DNA of 37,484 nucleotides from a virus: IMG/VR virus record IMGVR_UViG_3300045988_013715, positions 1 to 37,484 of that record; one strand, 5' to 3'. Shown piece by piece: positions 32,411 to 37,484 of this stretch (position 1 is its first letter; each line of letters starts with the position of its first letter). The notes under the pieces were generated by a model. It saw only the letters and a program-made list of their open reading frames with translations, ran no database searches and was not told where the DNA came from. The position numbers and the translations under genes were made by a program.

Positions 32411-32582
32411 GGACTGTTCCGAGCGTCACGTCGGCTGCCATGCATCCTGCCGCCGGTACGCCGAATTTAAGTCCGGGTGCAATGCCCGGCGGGAAGCTCG
32501 GACAAAACTGCACCCCATCGCCGATTACACCATCGACATCACAAAGAGAGTACAAAAAGCGGCCCACCGCCGCAGAAAGTAG
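32394..32582 (+). CDS. Cys/His-rich hypothetical protein
   Basis: MIAPCKDCSERHVGCHASCRRYAEF. Confidence 0.5.
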   Translation: MIAPCKDCSERHVGCHASCRRYAEFKSGCNARREARTKLHPIADYTIDITKRVQKAAHRRRK

Positions 32583-32592
32583 GAAAACAACC

Positions 32593-32805
32593 ATGACAAA
32601 AGCAAAGGCAAAGTTCGCCACCACCGCGATCATGACGCTTCTGGCGGCTGTGATCTTCTTCGTCTGGAAATTCGGAAACGGCCTCGGCTTTGCCGTCATC
32701 GAGGGCATCTTCGCGGTCTACGGCTTTTCCAGTCTTGCCGATGACTGCAGCCGCTGGCTTCAACTGCCGGACACGGCGATCATGCAGAGAGGGGGACGGC
32801 ATTGA
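32593..32805 (+). CDS. Small membrane protein (two TM helices)
   Basis: TTAIMTLLAAVIFFVWKF and GFAVIEGIFAVYGF. Confidence 0.5.
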   Translation: MTKAKAKFATTAIMTLLAAVIFFVWKFGNGLGFAVIEGIFAVYGFSSLADDCSRWLQLPDTAIMQRGGRH

Positions 32806-33230
32806 ACGACACACGTTATACGGCCATCGCCGCCGCGCTCCGGGAAGAGTTCCCGAAGGCCAATAAGGGCACGGTGAGCATGGCCCTCCACACGAACGAC
32901 TACGGCGTGAAGTTCTGCACCAGAGCGCAGGAGATTTATGACACCGTGACGCAGCGCAAGCCCCGCACACCGCGCCGCGTCAAGCCCATACGGTTACAAT
33001 GCCGCCTGACCGAAAGCACCGCACAGCGCGTTAAACAGGCGCTGGAAAGAAACGGCATCGCATCCATGCAGACGTTTTTGGAATCCCTTGTGCTGGCATG
33101 GCTCGCACAAAGCGAAAGCGCCGCCGGTGGAGATGACACCGACAGCGCTTACAGGAAAAACAACCTTGCTTCAAATTCTACAGCAAAGGAGGCGGAATTG
33201 TCAAGTGTCCAGAACGTGCCGCTGCCGTGA
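32802..33230 (+). CDS. Hypothetical protein with a possible ribbon-helix-helix segment
   Basis: TTG start overlapping the upstream stop. IRLQCRLTESTAQRVKQALERNGIASMQTFLESLVLAWL. Confidence 0.5.
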   Translation: MNDTRYTAIAAALREEFPKANKGTVSMALHTNDYGVKFCTRAQEIYDTVTQRKPRTPRRVKPIRLQCRLTESTAQRVKQALERNGIASMQTFLESLVLAWLAQSESAAGGDDTDSAYRKNNLASNSTAKEAELSSVQNVPLP

Positions 33231-33486
33231 CTGCGGCGAGGACGGATTTTACCCCGTCGTCTATGCCGACGAGGGATACGGCTGGGAGCGCTGCCCGACC
33301 TGCGGGTCTGACCGGATCGAGTGGGGAAACAAATGCCCCTTGTGCGGGCGGTACGCCGAGAAAATCTACTGCGACGACTGCGCCCGGAACCTCCGCGACC
33401 GCTTCCACGAGCTTTTAATCTGCAATTTTGGCAAAGAAGAGATCAAAGCCTTAAACGAAATTTTTGACGGAAAGGAAATTGAATAA
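33205..33486 (+). CDS. Double zinc-ribbon hypothetical protein
   Basis: CRCRDCG...CPTCG...CPLCG...CDDC. GTG start 12 nt after AAGGAGG, so the start is uncertain. Confidence 0.5.
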   Translation: MSRTCRCRDCGEDGFYPVVYADEGYGWERCPTCGSDRIEWGNKCPLCGRYAEKIYCDDCARNLRDRFHELLICNFGKEEIKALNEIFDGKEIE

Positions 33487-33758
33487 TGGAAGAACGCAAA
33501 ATCAACATCATGCTCAACGCTACCGCCGAGCTGAACCGAAAGGAAACGGACGACATTTATATCCCCATCCGGTCGAGTGAGTACCGGAAGCTGATTTCCG
33601 GCTATTACGAAATGGAAAAGAAACTCGAAGCGGAAAAAGACGATGCCACGCGCTGGGGTTCTGAAGCCTACCGCAGCGGGCAGAGAATCAAGGCGCTGGA
33701 ATCCGAGCTTGCCGATCTTCGGAAGAAGCTCGCGGAGGTAAAGGAGGCGGCGGAATGA
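33486..33758 (+). CDS. Coiled-coil hypothetical protein
   Basis: Charged heptad-like sequence (EKKLEAEKDD...ALESELADLRKKLAEVKEAAE). Confidence 0.55.
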   Translation: MEERKINIMLNATAELNRKETDDIYIPIRSSEYRKLISGYYEMEKKLEAEKDDATRWGSEAYRSGQRIKALESELADLRKKLAEVKEAAE

Positions 33759-34498
33759 AGCGCTTTCGCCTCCTCCGCCCGGACGAGATCGAGTGCCGCA
33801 TCCAGAAAATCTATGAGAGAAACGGCGTCGCAACATCCGTTGCCATTCTGCTTTATAAAACCGCACGAACCGACGCTGACCTTCTGGATGAAACAGTCGG
33901 CAGTGACAAATGGGAGAACGACTTCAAGTTGATCGACGGAACGTTGTACGGCGGAATCGGCGTCGATTTCGGTGACGGTCATCTTGTTTGGAAATGGGAT
34001 GCAGGAACGGAGAGCAACACCGAAGCGGAAAAAGGCCGCGCCTCCGACGCTTTCAAGCGTGCCGGTTCCAAACACGGCATTGGTCGTGAGCTGTATTCCT
34101 CGCCGAAAATCTTTATCGAAGCCGAAAAATGCAAGAAGCTGAAACAGAACGAGCGGTCCGGCAAATGGGAATGCTACGACGATTTCGATGTAACGAAAAT
34201 CGAATATGACACGGCAGAACGCATTAAATCGCTGGAAATCTCCGTTGACGGGCGCGTTGTGTTTTCCTACCCGAAACGGAGCTTTCCAAAGGATACACGC
34301 CCTGACCTGAACGCAGAATATGAGCCGCCTGTGAAAGCAGAGACGAAGAAGCCTGACAACATCATCATCGGAGGGAACGATAAACCGTTTTCTCCCGTGT
34401 GTGCCGATTGCGGAGCGAGCATTTCTGAAAAAGTCCACGATTACAGCGCACGAAAGTTTGGCCGCCCGCTCTGCATGAGCTGTCAGAAAAAAGCATGA
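33755..34498 (+). CDS. Rad52/Sak-type single-strand annealing protein with a C-terminal zinc ribbon
   Basis: EAEKGRASDAFKRAGSKHGIGRELYS (Rad52/22 signature). C-terminal CADCG...CMSCQ. Confidence 0.75.
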   Translation: MKRFRLLRPDEIECRIQKIYERNGVATSVAILLYKTARTDADLLDETVGSDKWENDFKLIDGTLYGGIGVDFGDGHLVWKWDAGTESNTEAEKGRASDAFKRAGSKHGIGRELYSSPKIFIEAEKCKKLKQNERSGKWECYDDFDVTKIEYDTAERIKSLEISVDGRVVFSYPKRSFPKDTRPDLNAEYEPPVKAETKKPDNIIIGGNDKPFSPVCADCGASISEKVHDYSARKFGRPLCMSCQKKA

Positions 34499-35004
34499 AG
34501 GTTGACAAGGCAATCTGGGAGGGCGGCTACCTGAAGCTCCATACCGCAGACGTGGACGCGAGGCACTTTGCCTACGCGTTCACGCCGGGGGAATATGAGA
34601 TACGTCCTAAAAGGTCGCTGCGAAGCCTTGAGGCAAACGCGCTGTTTTGGAAACTATGCCAAGACGTTGCACAAGCCGTCGGGCTGACGAAGAACGAGGT
34701 ATACAAAAACGCGATCCGCGAAGTCGGAACTTATTCCACGCTTATTATTGATTACGCGGCTATCCCGCAATTTGAAAAGAGCTGGGCAAGCAAAGGCATC
34801 GGTTGGTTTTGCGATGTTGCCGACGACGCGCAGGAAGAAGGGAAAAAGATTATCCTCGCATATCACGGCAGCAGCACTTACACCGTAAAGCAAATGTCCG
34901 CGTTGATCGACAACATCATGCAGGACGCAAAGGCGGTTGGCGTTGAAACGCTTTCCGACAGAGAAAGGAGCTTGATTCTTGACGAATGCGCAAAGCGCCA
35001 TTGA
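34495..35004 (+). CDS. NinB/Orf-like recombination mediator (tentative)
   Basis: RSLRSLEANALFWKLCQDVAQAVGLTKNEVYK resembles NinB-type proteins. Adjacent to the annealase. Confidence 0.45.
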   Translation: MKVDKAIWEGGYLKLHTADVDARHFAYAFTPGEYEIRPKRSLRSLEANALFWKLCQDVAQAVGLTKNEVYKNAIREVGTYSTLIIDYAAIPQFEKSWASKGIGWFCDVADDAQEEGKKIILAYHGSSTYTVKQMSALIDNIMQDAKAVGVETLSDRERSLILDECAKRH

Positions 35005-35563
35005 GGAATGGCGGGATATTCCCGGGACAGACGGAATGTACCAAATCAGCAGTTTTGGAAATGTACGTTCTCGTGCAAAAGGAACGTGGCATTTTTTGAA
35101 GCTGCGCAAGAACTCGCAAGGATACAACAGGGTTCTTCTGTCGATTCCGGAAAGAAAGCAGCCGCTTGTTCACCGTCTCGTCGCGGAAGCATTTATTCCG
35201 AATCGCGATAATCTGCCGATTGTTAACCACAAAGATTTTAATCCTTTGAATTGCCGGGTAGACAACCTCGAATGGACAACTCTGCAAGGGAACTACGATT
35301 ATTCCGCCAAACGAGGAAGATTTGTTCGCACGGCTGTATGGAAGGAGCGTCTTTCAAAAACCCTGCGCTCGACGATGGGAAAACCAATAATCGGCACTCC
35401 GCTTAACGGCGGCTCGGAAATCGTTCTAAGCTCTCTGAATCAGTGCAGAGAATACGGATTTCAGCCGTCGTGTGTTTGCAACTGCTGCAAAGGTAAACGT
35501 CGCCAGACGGGCGGCTACACATGGAGATACGCCGATGAAAAGAATCTCAAGCAAACGCGCTAA
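34979..35563 (+). CDS. HNH homing endonuclease with a NUMOD4-like N-terminus
   Basis: TTG 8 nt after AAAGGAG. EEWRDIPGTDGMYQISSFGNVRS (NUMOD4) and VNHKDFNPLNCRVDNLEW (HNH_3). Confidence 0.75.
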   Translation: MTNAQSAIEEWRDIPGTDGMYQISSFGNVRSRAKGTWHFLKLRKNSQGYNRVLLSIPERKQPLVHRLVAEAFIPNRDNLPIVNHKDFNPLNCRVDNLEWTTLQGNYDYSAKRGRFVRTAVWKERLSKTLRSTMGKPIIGTPLNGGSEIVLSSLNQCREYGFQPSCVCNCCKGKRRQTGGYTWRYADEKNLKQTR

Positions 35564-35867
35564 GGCGTGCGCGATATCCCCGGCGGTGAAGAAACGCGTG
35601 TGGGAGCGCGACCATCACTGCTGCGTATATTGCAAATCCATTTACGCTTTCCCCGAAGCCCATTACATTCCCCGTTCCCGCGGCGGGCTGGGTATCGAGG
35701 AAAACGTGCTGACCCTCTGCCGCCTCTGCCATGATGCATTCGACAACGGCACGGCGACGATGCGGCAGGAGATCGGGCACTACTGCCGGGACTATCTCAA
35801 AGCCCATTACCGCTGCTGGGACGAACAAAATTTAATCTACCGAAAGGATGATCCAAGATGGCAATGA
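35535..35867 (+). CDS. HNH endonuclease (small, HNHc type)
   Basis: RDHHCCVYC...HYIPRSRGGLGIEENVLTLCRLCHDAFDNG. Confidence 0.75.
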   Translation: MKRISSKRAKACAISPAVKKRVWERDHHCCVYCKSIYAFPEAHYIPRSRGGLGIEENVLTLCRLCHDAFDNGTATMRQEIGHYCRDYLKAHYRCWDEQNLIYRKDDPRWQ

Positions 35868-36241
35868 ACACCTGCGTTCTCATGGGACGCCTCACACGCG
35901 ATCCTGAGAAGCGATACACGGCGAACAACACGCCGGTCGCGTCGTTTGCGATCGCCGTTGACCGCTTCAAGGATGGCACAGACTTTTTCGACATAACCGC
36001 ATGGCGAGAGACCGGCGAATTCGTCTCCAAGTGGTTTTCCAAGGGCGACATGATCTGTGTCCGCGGTCGCATCCAGAACCGCGATTGGACGGATAAAAAC
36101 GGCAACGCCCGCCGGTCAACGGAAATCGTCGCGGATGAGGTCAGCTTCTGCGGCGGCAAAAAGGACAAGCCCGACCAGAAGGAAGTCTACGAGCGCGCGA
36201 ACCTAGCGCCGGTAGAGGATGACGGACAGCTTCCGTTCTGA
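35858..36241 (+). CDS. ssb: Single-stranded DNA-binding protein
   Basis: MNTCVLMGRLTRDPEKRYTANNTPVASFAIAV...WRETGEFVSKWFSKGDMICVRGRIQNRDW (OB fold) and an acidic tip DDGQLPF. Confidence 0.9.
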   Translation: MAMNTCVLMGRLTRDPEKRYTANNTPVASFAIAVDRFKDGTDFFDITAWRETGEFVSKWFSKGDMICVRGRIQNRDWTDKNGNARRSTEIVADEVSFCGGKKDKPDQKEVYERANLAPVEDDGQLPF

Positions 36242-36253
36242 CGGAGGCGCACA

Positions 36254-36943
36254 ATGGCATTAGAGAGCTTCAATGCCTATCACAGCTACCTTGACACCAT
36301 GGAAGCGCTGAACGACGCTGAGTGCGGGAGACTGTTCAGGGCGCTGCTGGAATACAGCGCGACCGGCGCAGCTCCGGAACTCCGCGGTAATGAACGCTTT
36401 GTCTTCCCCGGCATGAGGTCGCAGATCGATAGGGACATTGAGAAATACAACGCCAAATGCGCGCGAAACCGCGAGAACGGAGAAAAGGGTGGGGGGCATT
36501 CGCCCCCGAACGCCCCCGAACGCCCCAGAACGCACCCCAAGGACAAAGACAAAGACAAGGACAAAGACAAGGACAAAGACAAGGACAAAGACAGATGTTT
36601 TCCCTCTGACGAGGAAAAACATAAAGGCGCTTCCGCGTTGGATGCGGCTTTGAACGATTTTGCGGAAATGCGGAAAAAGATGCGCAAACCGCTTACCGAC
36701 CGCGCCCTTGCTCTCACGCTTTCCGAGCTGGAAAAGCTCGCCCCCGGCGATGACGAGAAGAAGATCGCCATACTCAACCAGAGCATCCAGAGAGGATGGC
36801 AGGGTGTTTTCCCGCTCAAGGACGAGCTGGAAGCGCCAAAGAAAACAGCTCCCGCCCGTATGCCGCATAAAGACGATTCAGAGCGGCTACAAAGAATTTT
36901 AGCAAATCTTGAAAATAAACCAAACGAGGAGGAAAGACCATGA
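36254..36943 (+). CDS. DUF6291-like replication-associated protein with a (KD)9 linker
   Basis: FNAYHSYLDTMEALNDAECGRLFRALLEYSATG...RDIEKYNAKCARNRENGEKGG. Internal KDKDKDKDKDKDKDKDKD. Confidence 0.6.
   Translation: MALESFNAYHSYLDTMEALNDAECGRLFRALLEYSATGAAPELRGNERFVFPGMRSQIDRDIEKYNAKCARNRENGEKGGGHSPPNAPERPRTHPKDKDKDKDKDKDKDKDKDRCFPSDEEKHKGASALDAALNDFAEMRKKMRKPLTDRALALTLSELEKLAPGDDEKKIAILNQSIQRGWQGVFPLKDELEAPKKTAPARMPHKDDSERLQRILANLENKPNEEERP
36501..36592 (+). repeat. Degenerate 10-nt tandem repeat x4, followed by a 6/12-nt (aaRgac) repeat encoding (KD)9
   Basis: cgcccccgaa cgcccccgaa cgccccagaa cgcaccccaa, then aaggacaaagac... through 36592. Confidence 0.9.
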
Positions 36944-37484
36944 GCGATAATATGCACGGCTTTAAAGCCTATGAACCCGGCTTGATCTGCCGTGGACACA
37001 AATACGAAGAGAACACGGTTTACAAAAAATCCGGTTACGGCATCTGCGTTCCGGGCGTAACACACTACTGTGTTAATCCGTTCGACGTTTTAGACCATTA
37101 CCCGCTTGTCCGACCGGACGGACAGTTCAGCGACTTCACAACCGTGGAAGTTATCGATCCTCCGGTAACGGATGACGACAAGAAATTCGCAACCAGCACG
37201 ATTAAAATCGGCGTAAAGCTTGGCTTTTCCGGCTTTATTCAGGCGTGCGTTGATTTTCTTTTTGAGAAAACGATTAAGAAAATGCCGAAGCCGGAGGACG
37301 TTGACGTTTCCGATGCCGCGCAGATCGGCAGTTCCGGCAATGCCGCGCAGATCGGCAGTTCCGGCAATGCCGCGCAGATCGGCAGTTCCGGCGATGCCGC
37401 GCAGATCGGCAGTTCCGGCAGATACGCGAAGATCGGCAGTTCCGGCAGATACGCGCAGATCGGCAGTTCCGGCGATGCCGCGCA
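36940..37484 (+). CDS. N-terminal part of the DUF7666-like / QIGSSG-repeat protein (continues at 3..305)
   Basis: ATG 8 nt after GAGGAGG. HGFKAYEPGLICRGHKYEENTVYKK...GVTHYCVNPFDVLDHYP, then six 9-aa repeats. No stop before the window end. Confidence 0.8.
   Translation, partial: MSDNMHGFKAYEPGLICRGHKYEENTVYKKSGYGICVPGVTHYCVNPFDVLDHYPLVRPDGQFSDFTTVEVIDPPVTDDDKKFATSTIKIGVKLGFSGFIQACVDFLFEKTIKKMPKPEDVDVSDAAQIGSSGNAAQIGSSGNAAQIGSSGDAAQIGSSGRYAKIGSSGRYAQIGSSGDAA
37321..37484 (+). repeat. 27-nt in-frame tandem repeat, 6 units
   Basis: cagatcggcagttccggc + aatgccgcg / gatgccgcg / agatacgcg. Unit boundaries at 37321, 37348, 37375, 37402, 37429 and 37456. Confidence 0.95.

Larger units (their letters stand above)
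1..37484. mobile_element. Complete temperate siphovirus-type phage genome (lysogeny, early/recombination, DNA modification, packaging, head, tail, lysis, accessory modules), apparently circularly closed
   Basis: Full set of phage modules in canonical order. No host housekeeping genes. 37457..37484 is identical to 1..28, and collapsing this overlap fuses the two partial ORFs at the window ends in frame. Confidence 0.85.

Noticed and set aside
36260-37065. Minus-strand ORFs containing SLSLSLSLSL / VFVLVFVL runs
   Set aside because: These runs are the reverse-complement reading of the (KD)9 microsatellite. The ORFs are antisense to a gene with a recognisable N-terminal domain, so they are artefacts.
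37321-37484. Regular 27-nt repeats at both window ends, considered as a possible CRISPR array
   Set aside because: The units are directly adjacent with no spacers, are in frame, and encode a 9-aa peptide repeat inside an ORF. This is a coding tandem repeat, not a CRISPR array.

Overview
The window looks like one complete temperate siphovirus-type phage genome, probably from a GC-rich Firmicutes/Clostridia-like host (inferred from gene families). It is not a piece of bacterial chromosome. The last 28 nt (37457..37484) are identical to the first 28 nt (1..28). Collapsing that overlap joins the partial ORF at 36940..37484 in frame to the partial ORF at 3..305, so the sequence appears circularly closed inside a 27-nt tandem-repeat gene.

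Gene order:
- Lysogeny module, minus strand: large serine recombinase, membrane-anchored XRE regulator, lipoprotein, XRE repressor.
- Back-to-back switch promoters with a repeated TTTAAAC-type motif.
- A long plus-strand early operon of small Zn-ribbon/Cys-rich proteins, a Rad52-like annealase, a NinB-like protein, two HNH nucleases, SSB, a DUF6291-like protein, the repeat protein, a Dam-type methylase, a RuvC-like resolvase, a Lar-like protein and a PAPS-reductase-like protein.
- A sigma-region-4-like late regulator, followed by a strong promoter that runs straight into a terminator.
- ParB-methyltransferase fusion, TerS, TerL, portal, and a MuF protein with an extra C-terminal domain plus a small AT-rich gene.
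- Scaffold, capsid, neck, major tail, G/GT chaperone with a U_UUU_UUU -1 frameshift site, tape measure, Dit, Tal-like protein and fibre proteins.
- GH25-CW_7 endolysin and two holin-like genes.
- A small HTH regulator, then a seven-gene accessory island (24164..27140) of compositionally odd proteins.

The most interesting candidates are the accessory island, the MuF toxin/immunity-like cassette, the promoter-terminator late switch, the DNA-modification/anti-restriction set, and the lysogeny-module membrane proteins.

All family assignments come from motif recognition by eye. No database search was run. Start codons were chosen by Shine-Dalgarno spacing and are less certain than stops. No tRNA, rRNA or CRISPR array was seen.
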